Positions 34,501 through 47,388 of a DNA stretch of 64,000 bases are shown piece by piece. Made by a program: the position numbers and the translations under genes. Numbering within the stretch: position 1 is the first letter of the stretch; every line of letters starts with the position of its first letter. The DNA is from Podarcis cretensis. Taxonomy: Eukaryota. The notes below the pieces were generated by a model. The model had not been told where the DNA came from. It worked only from the letters and a program-made list of their open reading frames with translations, and searched no databases. The stretch spans positions 53,506,001 through 53,570,000 of the forward strand of contig OX638160.1 in assembly GCA_951804945.1 (NCBI GenBank). The letters are read 5' to 3'.

Positions 34501-37317
34501 GTAGACTTGTGTATTTTATTAATGGGAATTGGGAAGAACGCAGATCTGACCTGCTGTGTAGATGTGTTCGTGTAACAGCAGGGCCAAGCCAGCCCAAAGG
34601 CCACAATTCCTCGAGGGGAACACCAATAATGAGCAGAACGCCAAAGGAAAAAGTAGGTAGGGACAGAAGCCAAAGTGGACAGAGCGAGAGTAAATTCATG
34701 CAGTAGGCTGTATTCCAGCCACGCTTTCTACAGACATGTCTCTCTCCATCTTCCAGACAAGGAAAGCAAGAGGTATTATCAATGTTCAAGGACCCATTCC
34801 TGCCAGGAAAAGCACTTAAGGAGCGTTGGTGTGAGTTGTGGCCTTCAAGGAGGTTAGTGAAGGCTGAATTGAGAGGCTAGATGGCATTCCTCTCTACCTC
34901 TGCAGCTATTCAGGCTCCATCCACCACAACATCCCCGGACAATTTATTCACAGCATGTAAAAATAGAACCTGCAGGACAATACCTGACTGTGTGGCAGAA
35001 ATGGATTGGTTAGATAAAAATAAAAGTTTTTTTAAAAAAGAAGTCTATTCTGTGAAGTGCCAGGCTGTCACTCAGGGCATCATCTTGCTCCTTCTTCGCC
35101 GAAAATGACAAGACCAATGAATCCAAGAGAGCCACTTTTTGTGACGATGGTTTCATATACAAATGACCTAACGAAATGCAGAAGAAATGCAGAAGTAGAT
35201 AAACAGCCCCCTTTAAAACTGCAGAAAACTTTCAGGAGGAGACACTTAGGAACAGAGAAGCAGATTGCTTCCCTCTTTCTCTAGCTTACCCCAACAAATT
35301 CATTTTGGGATTTTGTGTTTGGCCTCCGGCTCAGGCATCCTGTCACTCTCGCAATCCCCATTTCCTGTGCCCAAAGAGCCATTTATCTGCCATCAGAGAT
35401 GCTTGGATGTAATGTAAATCCCAGCCCCAAGTTAGATAAAATCTTTGTCTTCAGAGCTAGAGTCATCAGGTGAATCACTCTGGCAACTACTCAGCATTAG
35501 ACTCCCGTCACAGTTGCCACCACCCACCTTGTCCTGCCGCTTCATCACCCCAACCATGGCAGCTGCCACCTCCTGACCAGCTGGAGAAGGAAAATTGGGC
35601 CTGAGGAACAAGTCTTGTGGTTGCCTAGTCACCCCCTCCATGCTTCCACCTCCCTTCTTAAATGCTCTCCCATCAAACAGGCCCCAACTCAAACCTCAGA
35701 CTTTTACTCTTAGCTAGAAATGAGCAGCAGTTGCAGGAAATATGCCAGAGTGTTTTCCTGAATCAAGAAGGTGAAGCAGGTGTTTAGCGTTTCAAAAATC
35801 TTGATATCAAGGCAGTTCCCCTTGATGAAGAATTCCTCCCCCTCCCCCCCCCCCCCCCAGCAACCAGTAGTATCCATTTTGGCAACCATTTAGGAGAAAG
35901 TATTCACCTTTCTTTCCAGTGAGGAGCACTGGCCCAGATAGATGTTGTTGTTGTTGTTGTGATCCTCGCATGAACAGTCCCCACCATGACATTTCAACAT
36001 GTATATTTTTTAATTTCCAAGTGCCCAGCTGTGCTCCTCCCTGACTATAAACAGATTACATGGGGCGTACGTGATAAGAGTTTCCCCAACATTTCTTTAA
36101 CTGACATTTGATGGTGATGACCATGTCAAGAACAAGGTGCTAACCCAAAAACTAGACATGTATGAAGAATGGCGTTTTGGAATTGACACAGGGTCATCTT
36201 TTATTTGTCACTGCTGCTCTAAGTTTGGCTAAACCAACAGGCATATTGGAGCGACTTGGATTTTACTAAAGCTTCCTCACGAGGTGCTTAGGAACCTTGC
36301 AATAGGGATGCACCTAGATGTGAAAACGACAGAGAAAATGGAGATAATTGTTCACTGGATCTAGAGAGGGCATCAAAGGACTCAATGATTTCCACCCTGC
36401 TAGAGTTAGCTTCTTAACTAAGTCCCATCAAAAGCTCTAGGCAAGAGCTGGAGGACCTTTCTCAGCCTGAGGGGTTCTGGGTAACCTCCCACAGGCCAGT
36501 GTTGGGCAGGACCAAAAGTAGGAAGAGAAGATGTGGTCTGGGGAGAGTTCTGAGCCCCAGGCAGAGAGACCTGGTGGGCCACATTTGGTCCCAGGCCTGA
36601 GGTTCCCCGTCCCTGCTATAGGGCCTAAGTTAATCATGACCAGCTTATTCCACTGGCTTCACAGTGGGAACTTCAGCTGGTTCATTTAGACCAGTAGGTT
36701 TGAATCCCAGAATCCCAGATAAAACAGACAAATCATCATTAAAGTCACTTTGGGGGACTGAAGAAATTGTGGAATTCATGGGTGACATTACACATGAACA
36801 AGCCTAGCTTTCTATTTTTCTTCAAATTATCCTTGGGCTGCTTGCATAAGCTTTACAAAGCAGCTGACAATTTATCACCATTTAAAACTCAATAAAGCCA
36901 GCTAATAGTAATGTAAATTAACACAGAAAATATTGACAAACTGTGCCTTTTAACATGAAAATAAAGCTTTTAATGTTTGATGCAGGATTCCCCCCCCCCT
37001 TTGTATTTTGTTGGAAGCTGCCCAGAGTGGCTGGAGTAACCCAGTCAGAAGGGCAGCGTTTAATTTATTTTGTTGTTGTTGTTGTCATTTGGGTTATTGG
37101 TGTGTTTTTGTTTTTGTTTTATTATGTATTTTATGTTCTCATTTTGTATTTTCCCTGTTGTGAAGCGCCCTGGGATGTTTGGATGAAAAGCAGCGTACAA
37201 ATTAAATGAATGAATAAATAAAATTTTGCTGAACTGAACTCAAACAAAATGCCCAATGTAATACATATTCATTTATCTAAACAACGTGTTCCCAATGCTT
37301 CTGTCTTCTGACTGTAG

Positions 37318-37369
37318 GCCAGGAGATAGGATCACACTTCTGGAGGACTCAAATGAAGACTGGTGGAAG
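37318..37369 (+). CDS. STAC: STAC coding exon 9 (PGDRITLLEDSNEDWWK)
   Basis: ctgtag| acceptor, |gtacga donor; 52 nt; SH3 WW motif. Confidence 0.96.
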
Positions 37370-37639
37370 GTACGATCGCAATTACCCAAGTAATGTGGAA
37401 AGAAAGAAAATGAACATTGCACGTGTGTGTGTTGGTCAGTAGTGCTGATGCACCGACAGCACGTTCCTTTGCTTCAGTGTGTTGGAGCAACATTCTGTGT
37501 GCTTAACTCTGGTCTAAGGGAACACTTTTATTCCTTGGTAGCTGCTCAATAGCTGATGTAAAGTAGTACTTTACTGGCAGTGTGGACAGTTCCCCCGCAT
37601 AGAGCACCGAGTCGAGAGGGCACATAATGAATAAATAGT

Positions 37640-38099
37640 AATACCACCTATATTTATATGGGTGCTGTAATGGTTCTAGGGGTTGCTCGTGCGTAAGTCG
37701 TTGCCACACCTGGCTGAGTCACCTGGGTGAACCCTTTCTGTCCGGACGGCCACCCATCCGTGGCTGTCTCAATCGCTGGCAGAATCCGTCAGTGGGCGTT
37801 TCTTGAACTTCTTCCAGCAAAGAAGTTCTTTGATGCCAAGTCTCCGCCTACTCTCCCTGCGCGGAAGTCTTCTGCACAGGGAGGGTGTGGGTAGTGGAGG
37901 ACCCGTGCTTTCCCCGCTGGTCTCCGGCGAGGAGTCATGGAGCCTCCTCACCGATTCCCCCATCTGCCCCCCTTCTCCACTGGTGCTACGCTGATTTCCT
38001 TCCCCCGCAGATGGGCTGCCTCTCTCCCTCCTGGGACGCTCTCCGGCATCCCTCTGGAGCCCTCCCTCCTCCTCTGGCTCCGATGGCAGTTCCCTGACA
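37640..38099 (-). mobile_element. Putative LTR-like repeat fragment
   Basis: Abrupt GC/CpG-rich block whose minus strand starts TGTCAGGG; left boundary and TSD not resolved. Confidence 0.35.
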
Positions 38100-38457
38100 G
38101 GTATCTACTGAGAAGATCCACAAAAAGCAACTGTACCCAAAAGAATTATTGTGAAAATTAGAAATATTGGGGGGGGGGATTTTGTCCTTGCTCAGGGCGC
38201 CATATTACCAAAATCTGGCCCTATTATTGGCATTCTAAGGAAGCCTTTGCAAGGCACAGCAGCAGCAAGAAAGGGACATTGGTTGATGGGAGGATAGAAG
38301 GAAATCAAGCTTGCCAGCAGTAACCCCAGAGGCAACTTGAACTGCAACCACATGCCCCCAACTCCCAAACATCAGCACTGCCTTGTTGGCAAATTACTGC
38401 AGCAATTTAAGGGCTCTTCCCTTCTTTCTCAATCTGGGGTGCTGATTCAGAGCAGTA

Positions 38458-38832
38458 CAGTGGTACCTCGCAAAACGAATGCCTCGTAAGACGAAAAACT
38501 CGCAAGACGAAAGAGTTTTTCATTTTCTGAGTTGCTTCGCAAGACAAATTTCACTATGGGCTTGCTTCGCAAGACAAAAACGTCTTGCAAGTTTGTTTCC
38601 TTTGCCTTGCAAGTTTGTTTCCTTTTTCTTAAAACCGTGCATTCAGGGGGTGCAGTTGCAACTTGACTTCGAGGAGCAACTCATAGCACGCAGTGTGGTA
38701 GCCTTTTTTGAGGTTTTTGAAGACTTCGGTGATTTTTGAAGCTTTTCCAAAGTCCGTGCTTCACAAGACGAAAAAATCGCAAGACGAAAAAACTCGCAGA
38801 ACGAATTAATTTCGTCTTGCGAGGTACCACTG
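38458..38832. mobile_element. Tigger-like MITE related to family B with a different core
   Basis: TA|CAGTGGTACCTCGCAA...TTGCGAGGTACCACTG|TA; repeated CGCAAGACGAAA motifs. Confidence 0.82.
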
Positions 38833-39080
38833 TAGCTGGAACAGAAGGATGCAATCAACCCCTCTGCCTATTTGGTGGGGGCATTATCATAACGTGAGAG
38901 ACAGTGTGGTGCACCAGTTAGAGTCTCTGGAGAAATTCAGGTTCAACTCCCCACTAAGCCACATAGCTGACTGGGTGGCCTTGGACTGGTCACTGTCTCT
39001 CAGCTGTAGCTGCCTCACAGGGTGGTTTTGAGGATAAAATGGGAGGAAGGAGAACTACGTACACCGCTTTGAATGCCTTA

Positions 39081-39445
39081 AAAGGTAAAGGTAAAGGGGA
39101 CCCTGACCGTTAGGTCCAGTCACAGACGACTCTGGGGTTGCATCGCTCATCTCGCTTTACTGGCCAACGGAGCCGGCGTTTGTCCGCAGACAGTTTTTTC
39201 CGGTCATGTGGCCAGCATGACTAAGCCGCTTCTGGCGCAACAGAGCATGGAAACCATAGCAGTGCATAGAAATGCCATTTACCTTCCCGCCAGAGCGGTA
39301 CCTATTTCTCTACTTGCACTTTTTGGCGTGCTTTGAAGCTGCTAGGTTGGCAGGAGCTGGGACTGAGCAATGGGAGCTCACCTCGTTGCAGGGATTTGAA
39401 CCACCGACCTTCTGATCGGCAAGCCCAAGAGGCTCAGTGGTTTAT
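39081..39445 (-). mobile_element. Sauria SINE (long subfamily), inserted in an older SINE-like remnant
   Basis: aaaggtaaaggtaaaggg tail; carries the cgtttgtccgcagacag segment shared with the 48736 and 62783 copies. Confidence 0.88.
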
Positions 39446-39941
39446 ACCTTGGAGGCTAAAAATGTAATATATACAAAACAAAATGCAGTGCTGCAGCCAT
39501 GCAGTCCCAGGGCAGTTATGTACCACTCAATACAATGTACTTTGTAAATATTAAATGGAAGGGACACCCCCCAAAGGCCCATGCAAATGGACCAGATGTC
39601 GTAAGGTATACAGTGTGGCCAAACCTCAGAACAGAGGTCATTTCGTCATCTGGGGGCACTACAGAAAGACCCTCTCACATATCACCCCACGAACTTCATA
39701 GGATGGCAGAACTGCCAAGAGGGCTCTCTCCATATCTATATAGGAGTAGTAACTCCTTCAGATATTTGGGCTGCATGTCATTTAGTGCTTTCTGCAACAG
39801 CATAAATAACTTGAATTTGGCTCAGAAGTCTTTTAAGATCAGGCCACTGCCTTCTGTACCAGTAGCAGCAGCTTCCAAACCATCTTCATGAGCATTACAG
39901 CAGCCCATGACTCTTCTTCTGTCATTTCACCTTCTTCACAG

Positions 39942-40079
39942 GGGAAAATAGAAGACCGAGTCGGCTTTTTCCCAGCAAATTTCGTTCAAAGAGTACAACA
40001 AGATGAACATGTCTTCAGGTGTATCAGAACGTTTATTGGATGCAAGGAGCAGGGCCAGATAACACTGAAAGAGAACCAA
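39942..40079 (+). CDS. STAC: STAC coding exon 10 ([46 protein letters not shown])
   Basis: cttcacag| acceptor, |gtgagt donor; 138 nt; SH3 GFFPANFV motif and start of SH3-2. Confidence 0.97.
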
Positions 40080-41094
40080 GTGAGTAAACCTGGAATTCCT
40101 TCCTGTGCATTAAAACATTGCAATCACACCTCTACTTTTCTCATGCTCCATCAAATCCCATGGTACGTACTTCCAAGAGAATGTATTATGATTGGAGATT
40201 CGAGATCGCGATACATACCTATGAAATAAATAGGCAAGCTCACACAGTCATGTTCTCCCCTTGATGTTTACAGCACCCATGATAAATTGCAAAATGGATG
40301 TCGCAGATTAAGCACCACAAGGGGAGCACTGTTACTGGACACAATACTTTCCACTAGAGACAGTTTTGTGATCTGTGGCATGTGCAAATCAGCTGTTCGT
40401 TCCAAGGAAGAGGGCTTACATTGAGTCGTAATTGAATTGGAAGTGACTACCATGGCAAATTATATGGACCTGGGTTTTTTAAATTACTGTTGCTTCCTAC
40501 TAGCCCATGGCAGTCCAGCCTATGCCAGGCAGTTAAGCAGATTAATAGAAAACTAGTCTATAATAGGACAAGAGTCGTTCACGGTCTCCGTTAATTAAAA
40601 GCAATGATTAAAAAGCCAGTCCATCTTGCTAGCACCTCCACTGCCTCTCAGTCACAGCAAGTGAAAGTAATTTTTCTTCCTTTTTTTAATATTCATACAA
40701 AAAAAAAAGTCAGTTAAGTCAAAATAATGCTATTGGTTGATGCTATTAATGGATTTTGGGGAGGCACTGAGTAAAATGACAAGTACTCTGCCACTACCGT
40801 GGGAAGGAGGAGTACACAGGACATCAGGTAAGACCATTGGTCAATCTTCTAGCCCTTTTGGGAGGATACCAAAGTGCAGGGATTGCTGATGGGAAAAAAA
40901 ATGCAGAATACTGCTGCGCACCAAATCAAGCCTTTGGTCCATTTAGCTCAGCATCTGCACTGACTGGTCGTAACCCTCCAGGCTTTCAAACAGAAGACTT
41001 TTCCAGCCACACCTGGACACTGGACCTGGGATGTTCTGTGTACAAAGCAGGCACTCTGTCCTTAAAGATGAACTTGTGTGATGTGCTCAGAATT

Positions 41095-41883
41095 TAGGGT
41101 TGCCATGTTTCAAAAAGTGAAAATCCAGACACAAAAATTGTTGAGCTTCTTTTGACAAAGTTGTTGTTTTTCTCTTTTTTTTTGGCCAAAAATCATAATA
41201 ATGAAGTTTTTGAGCTGTTTTAAACGAAATTCACCAAAATCGACACCTCCGGCATGGATTGCCATACATCCGGATTATCCTAGACATTTCGGCGATTTCC
41301 TCCCAGGCACTGTTTCCAACTGCCAAATCCCAGCTATGCCTGGGGGATTCTGGATGTATGGCAACCATAGCTGTCAACCGTCCCTTACTTGGCAAGAAAG
41401 TCCCTTATCCCAGCACCGTATCCCTTATTGATGATGTCCCTTAAATTTCCCGTGTTTCAAAGGAAGCAGCTCCTCTCCCTCCCTCCCTGCCAGCCAGGGA
41501 GGAGGGAGGCTCCAACTGTGTTGCTTGGCTGCGTTGCTCACCCAATAAGGAGTCTAAGAACGACTGGGGGGTGGAGCTTGCATGCCTTGAGCCGATCAAA
41601 TCGGCCGCGTTGCCTGGGGACTCGCCCTTGCTCAGCGCTTCCCAGCGGAGAGGTGACGGTGGTTTTCCTTGCTGCATCCCCTTTGCCGGGTTGCTGTTCT
41701 GTGGGAACCACCGCTCGAGGCTTTGTTTGGCTTCTGGCTGGGCTTTCTGCCTTTGGCTCGGAGGGGCTCAGAAGTTGAACATACCTGTGCTTGGAAAATC
41801 CCTTATTTTGGCTGCTGATCCTTTCGAGGCTGCTGGTCCCTTATTTTCAAATCTGTAAGTTGACAGCTATGATGGCAACCCTA
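41095..41883. mobile_element. Outer hAT MITE (TAGGGTTGCCAT...ATGGCAACCCTA)
   Basis: Perfect 8-bp TSD TCAGAATT at 41087-41094 and 41884-41891. Confidence 0.88.
41366..41871. mobile_element. Inner hAT MITE (CATAGCTGTCAAC...GTTGACAGCTATG)
   Basis: Perfect 13-bp TIR; 8-bp TSD ATGGCAAC at 41358-41365 and 41872-41879. Confidence 0.88.
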
Positions 41884-43283
41884 TCAGAATTTGGTGCATT
41901 CATTTCATGCACCAAACGTACTACATAGTGCTGACCAGCTTGCAGACCCTGTGCACGGGCGGATCATTGCCTGTGTCAGCTGCAGGAGGCCCCATGTGGT
42001 GGATCTCAGCTGGCTCACATGTGACAAACCCATCTGACCACGTTGCACACATATGAATTTACAGTACGGAGCTGCTTTCTCTTTCTTTGATACAGACATT
42101 AGACAACGAAATCACTGAACCAAACTGACTGCTAGGAACACTCATTTGCTAAGCCTGAGGTGGAGTTCCTTTGTATTTTAAAATGGCCCTGAACGTCACA
42201 AACAGGAATGTATCCTTGCTCCTTCTTACACAAACTCGCCAGCACATTAATGAGGGTTATATATGTATGGCAAGACGTGCACATACAAACCATAAAATGC
42301 CCATTGCAGGAAATGAGGAAGTTTTTATGCACAATGTTATATCAACAGCAGCAATACAAAACATCATTCAGACAGGCAGAGATATTTTTAGTGCCCTCCT
42401 AATGCATGCCGGGTCGCTTTGCCCAGACAGCAAAGCACTTTGTGTTTATATAGCTTTGTACCCTTCTGCTTTCAAGTAGATAATATAAACCCTTGGAACA
42501 AAGCTGGAGCCTGAAAGGGGTGGAAAGGAGCATGGCTTGCCCGTCGACTTTAGGAGGGCCTAGGGGAGAAATGGCACAAAGAACTCCTTCAAAACAAGTG
42601 AGCGATGCTCTGAGCTGCCCAAACACTGCAGCCACAAATAGGGACCAGTTCTGCACTAGATCCCCCTGATGTTGTGCTGGGAGTTAAATGCATGGCAGAT
42701 GTGGGAAGAAAGGAAGTGCTGAGCCCAAAGCATGGGGAGATCCAGGGAGGTGGTGCAGAGAAAACTTGATTGGCTAGGGGAGATGGGGGGGGCTCTTTTA
42801 GACTGAGGCCCACATTTCCAAGGGCCACAGGCCAGTGGTAGATGAGGCCAGAGACAAAACTGAGCAGAGCAACTGGTGTGGCTTACCACTGCACAGCAAG
42901 CAACATTCCAGTCAAGCAAAAGCCAGAGGTTTCAACATACTCAGGAAATCAGACAAGGAGGCCTTTGAAGACTGCAAGAGATTTCAGGCCAACTCATTTA
43001 GGCCTGTTTTGGATTCAGGTGTCCACACACACACACACACACAAAATGCAAGGAGCCTCATGAAACTTGCTTTTCTCTAATCTCTACTTAAGGCACACAG
43101 CAGTGTTAGAATGGGTGGGAGGAAGGAGAAAATCTTGCATCATGAGGCTGAATTGGAAAGCACACATTACAAATTTTGCCTGATGGACAGCTGATTACTA
43201 AAGTGGTATTATGCAGGACCCATTGCTTCTTGTGTGGATGGGAATCCCATTGTCATGGGCTTTGAAATTTGGTTGTCTGTTTC

Positions 43284-43907
43284 TTTCTTTTTTTAATGAA
43301 TATTTATTGGCATTTTCAAAAACCACACAAAGAAAAAATTGGACAAAAAATAACAAAAATACAGAAATCCAAAACTTAAAAAAACAATTAAAAAAAGAAC
43401 ACATAAAATTTCAATTACTTATTTTCATTTAACTTGTTTCTCAGACCTCCTCACACCTCCCCTCCTTGTATTCCAATTTAAATTATTAATTCAACAAATC
43501 CTTATATCCAAGCTTAAACATCAATACTTATACATCATTGCTCAACCTTAAACATTTTTCCTAAAGTCGACCAAAATTTCCCTTCCACGGCTTTCCCAAA
43601 TTCCATACAGATAGCAAAACAAAGTAAAAAACAAAGCAAGTTATAGTTATATACCCTTTGGATTCCCAGACTCCACCCACCCCTTTCCTGGTTTCAGTCC
43701 CCAACAAATGTTCATTAGTCTAATATACTGTTTAGCCTGGAGATCTCACGTCCGAGGCTCTTAAATCTCTTTCAATTCCTCTCTGCCGGCCTTTTTGATA
43801 GTCCTTAATGTTAGACCCCAAATCTTGGAGAGGCTCCGGCCCAACAGGATCCATATTTTTTCCAGCCAGCCCTCCATACTTAAAGGTAAAGCCTATGGGG
43901 TACTCCA
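43284..43907 (-). mobile_element. Poly(A)-tailed L1-type retro-insertion (possibly HAL1-like)
   Basis: 20-bp TSD gaaatttggttgtctgtttc at 43264-43283 and 43908-43927; minus-strand AATAAA and A-rich tail. Confidence 0.8.
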
Positions 43908-44038
43908 GAAATTTGGTTGTCTGTTTCAGCTCAGACCTTACAGCCACAAAGCATCGCCTATATCTATTTGGGTTCCTGAATAGAAGTGGTTTTTGAGTGT
44001 GGGATGTTTAAACTTTTCTCTCTATTCTTTGTCTACAG

Positions 44039-44137
44039 ATCTGTATTACTTCAGAAAAGGAACACGACGGATTTATCAAAGTGTGCAGTGGAAAGAAAAA
44101 GGGCTTTGTCCCTGTAGATGCCCTAGAAAACATCTGA
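44039..44137 (+). CDS. STAC: STAC last coding exon (ICITSEKEHDGFIKVCSGKKKGFVPVDALENI*)
   Basis: gtctacag| acceptor; 99 nt ending in TGA at 44135-44137; matches the STAC1 C-terminus ...LENI. Confidence 0.96.
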   Translation: MCITSEKEHDGFIKVCSGKKKGFVPVDALENI

Positions 44138-45739
44138 GTTTTCCCTGTTCAACCACTGCAGTTGTGATGTTTTGCTGGCAAGACCTGCCTGCCTCATCTT
44201 GCAATGGTAACCCCCATCGAAGCTGTCTTGCAGATGACCAAGGAAATCATATGACAATGATCAGTTGATATCAGACATTTAAGCAACAAGAGATGGCTGG
44301 TCAACAACAATCAGGAATGGAGCCAGACAAGAGTGGTATGAGGCTTAGGAAAGGAATAGCTTGTTTACTTTTTAAAATAAGTGAAAAGTTAAACTGGATA
44401 ATTTTTTTGAGCAAGGCTGCTAACTATTACACTGATGGGAACAGACAACTAAACTTAGATTTGCACCCTGTTCACGTGTCTTAAGAAAACTGTTTGGGAC
44501 TTCTTTCTCGTTTGAAGTGTGATTGAATGAGTAAGGGTTCAGACCTTTTCCTTGTATTACTACAGCTTGAAGTATATAGTGTGAGTCTGGTCCTAAAATG
44601 TTGTCTATGGTTTTAGCGAATCGGCATAATGTTTGGTTCTGACTTTTTTCAGTTTCAGTAACAAGGCAGTTTGGATGAATTGTGGAGCTGCTGGTTTAGG
44701 AAACAGTTTGTGGTCTGGACTTCTCTGTGATTTTTGATATATGTTGCTGTGGCGATCTTGTACGTCCTTTGGGTTTCTTGTATACAAGCAAAGATTTTAG
44801 CACATGTTGGATGTAAATGTTTAAACAGCTGATGAACAAACACTGTTTCCCCAAAGCAGGCCTACTCCAAAATAGTCTTTCCTTTTCCTTCTGTAGGAAA
44901 GAGTCAGCTCTCAGAAACAAGAAACTGGGTTGCAGAATTTTTCTATTTTTCTGATATTGTTTGAGCATATTTTTTAATATATATGTGTATATAGCATGTT
45001 CCTGTTTATATGGTTAACCAATTTCATTTCACAACAGGGGGAAACAGATTCTAGCTGACAAAAAACAATGAGTGGAATAAAAACGTACTGAGCTAATACA
45101 TTTGTGAACAAAAACAACCAAATTCAAAAGGCCAAAGGTGTTAACAATTCACCTTGAAGCACATGCCAGAAGCAAGCCAACATAAAGTTAGGCATATTTC
45201 AGCTTATTGACTTACAAGACTTAAGCACGCCTAGTTTTGGAATCTGGCCACAGATGGAAACTGTAGCTATAAAACCAGAATTTCACCCACTGTTTCAAAA
45301 TGTGGTTCAACGAGCAATCTAGTGAGACGTTCTGTTGGCATCAAGGAATTATCCTTGAAGCTGTGCAGAATTTATGTAGGTGTAGGTACAAGGTACACAA
45401 GAATTCAGAGACTTAAGTAACAAGGAATCTATTGTTGCCCAACATTTACTGTTTTAAGAGTTCCAAGCCCCTCTCGTTCTTCTTTTTATAAATCAACTAT
45501 CTAGAAATTCCCCTTTGAACAAGTTTTATCAGCATGTTTAAAATGTGCACACAGTCTCAAAGGCAATATAAACATAAGGGAAGGAAAAGAAGGTGGTGAG
45601 AGAGTTACACTTGTAAAGGATGAAAGAGTTGCAGACAATGGCAGTTTCCCCTTAGCCAACTGACCTTGGTATCGTGTGTGACAGCTCCACAGAAAATCAT
45701 GTGCCGCCCTTAAAACACTTCAGCTCTTTGGCTGAAGAA

Positions 45740-45880
45740 CAGGGTTGGCTAACCTGAGGCCCAGGAGATATTGCTGGACTGCAACTCCCATGATCTCAGA
45801 CCACCAACTCTGCTGGCTGGGGCTGATGGGAGTTGGAGTCCAAGAACTTCTGGGAGTTAGCCACAGGTTAACCACCCCTG
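45740..45880. mobile_element. Degenerate MER5-like hairpin MITE
   Basis: cagggttggctaacctg...ggactgcaactcccatga...tgatgggagttggagtcc...caggttaaccacccctg; similar decayed copies near 4025-4120, 23300-23400, 61800-61890. Confidence 0.65.
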
Positions 45881-46387
45881 CTGATGAAAAACAACAACTC
45901 CACAGTTGTACACTTTTGAAAACTGCTTAGCTGGCAGCTCTTAAGCAAGAAGCACGTAGCTGTATTCCAGTACCTCTAAGTACATCTGTTCAACCTTCAC
46001 CTCTTGCCTTGCACTCCAATCTGTGGCTGAAACCCAGTGCGTATTTGCTACCAGAGATGGTGCAACTGGGAAGTTCATGGCCACTTTTTTGTACTTAGCA
46101 AAGGGCTCCTGTGTCTAGCATATACTCAACTCTGCATCCCGATCCTGCAGTTACATTTGCCGACATGGAAATGCTGAATGTGTGCATGGCTCATCCGTAC
46201 AACAGGAGCCATATGTGGGCTTATAGGTCCATGTATATATTTGAGTAGCTTGAAGAAGTTTGCCTATCACTGTATGGAGTAGAATTGGACACTGATGACA
46301 ACCATTCCATCCATTTTCTAGCTCTTGAACATGTAAATAGTAAAGCCATCCCTAAAAAGAGAAGGGGGATTCAGCTTCATATCTTTT

Positions 46388-46417
46388 AATATATATACTA
46401 TATATATATATATATAT
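46388..46417. repeat. (TA)n microsatellite in the putative 3' UTR
   Basis: Direct reading. Confidence 0.85.
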
Positions 46418-46929
46418 TTGCAATTCCTTTTTTTTTTTTGCATAGGAAAACCAGGCAACTTAAAATGTAATCCTATGCATGTCTGCTCAGAAATTAAGTC
46501 TGACTGAGTTCAATGAGGTTTACTCCCAGGTAAGTGGCTATGGGATTGCAGCCTTAGTGTTAGGAAACAAAAGTCCCTTATAACAAAGGGGAAGAACAGC
46601 AGGCACATTATCGACACAGCCTCTTTTATGTCATGGCTTTATTTGACATTTACTGATCTGAGCAAAATGGGGTCCTGCAATGCTTGCCGAAAAATCAAAC
46701 TCAGTGCTATAGTTAGTGTCTTCTGATCCGCAAAGATTAGGTCAAATTATACATCCATCCATACATGCTACTGTTTACTTGAATGCAACATACTGTTTTT
46801 CTGTCCTGTTTCAGAGGCTTCTGTTAATTTCAAGTTCCTCCTTCAATCCTGCTTCATAGGATAAAGATGAATATTAATTTCAGTTCACAATAGCCTTTAA
46901 TCAACGTCTCATTTCTTTTGATACTAAGC

Positions 46930-46940
46930 AATAAAATAAA
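46930..46940 (+). terminator. Candidate distal polyadenylation signal (overlapping AATAAA x2)
   Basis: aataaaataaa with T-rich flanks, just before the TE-dense intergenic region begins. Confidence 0.45.
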
Positions 46941-47040
46941 GATTTTTTTAAGAAAAAAATTCCTGAATTAACCATACTGTTATAAACTGATGCATATCAC
47001 TGTTCTCATGTTCCTTTGGTTCATCAAAGAGGCTTGTATT

Positions 47041-47388
47041 AGGTAAAGGGACCCCTGACCATTAGTTCCAGTCGTAACCAACTCTGGGGTTGTGGCGCTC
47101 ATCTCGCTTTATTGGCCGAGGGAGCCAGCGTACAGCTTCCGGGTCATGTGGCCAGCATGACTAAGCCACTTCTGGTGAACCAGGGCAGCGCACGGAAACG
47201 CCGTTTACCTTCCTGCCGGAGCGGTACCTGTTTATCTACTTGCACTTTGATGTGCTTTCGAACTGCTAGGTTGGCAGGAGCAGGGACCGAGCAACGGGAG
47301 CTCTCCCCGTTGCAGGGATTCGAACCACTGACCTTCTGATTGGCAAGCCCTAGACTCAGTGGTTTAGACCACAGCGCCACCTGCGTCT
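47041..47388 (-). mobile_element. Sauria SINE
   Basis: Colinear with the 15861 and 26295 copies; no TSD visible. Confidence 0.9.

Larger units (their letters stand above)
44138..46960 (+). other. STAC: Probable STAC 3' UTR (end uncertain)
   Basis: AT-rich, relatively TE-poor sequence after the stop; AATAAA at 45076-45081 and overlapping AATAAAATAAA at 46930-46940. Confidence 0.5.

Noticed and set aside
34331-34789. 152-aa antisense ORF overlapping exon 8
   Set aside because: No homology or compositional support; ORFs of this length are expected by chance in 64 kb.
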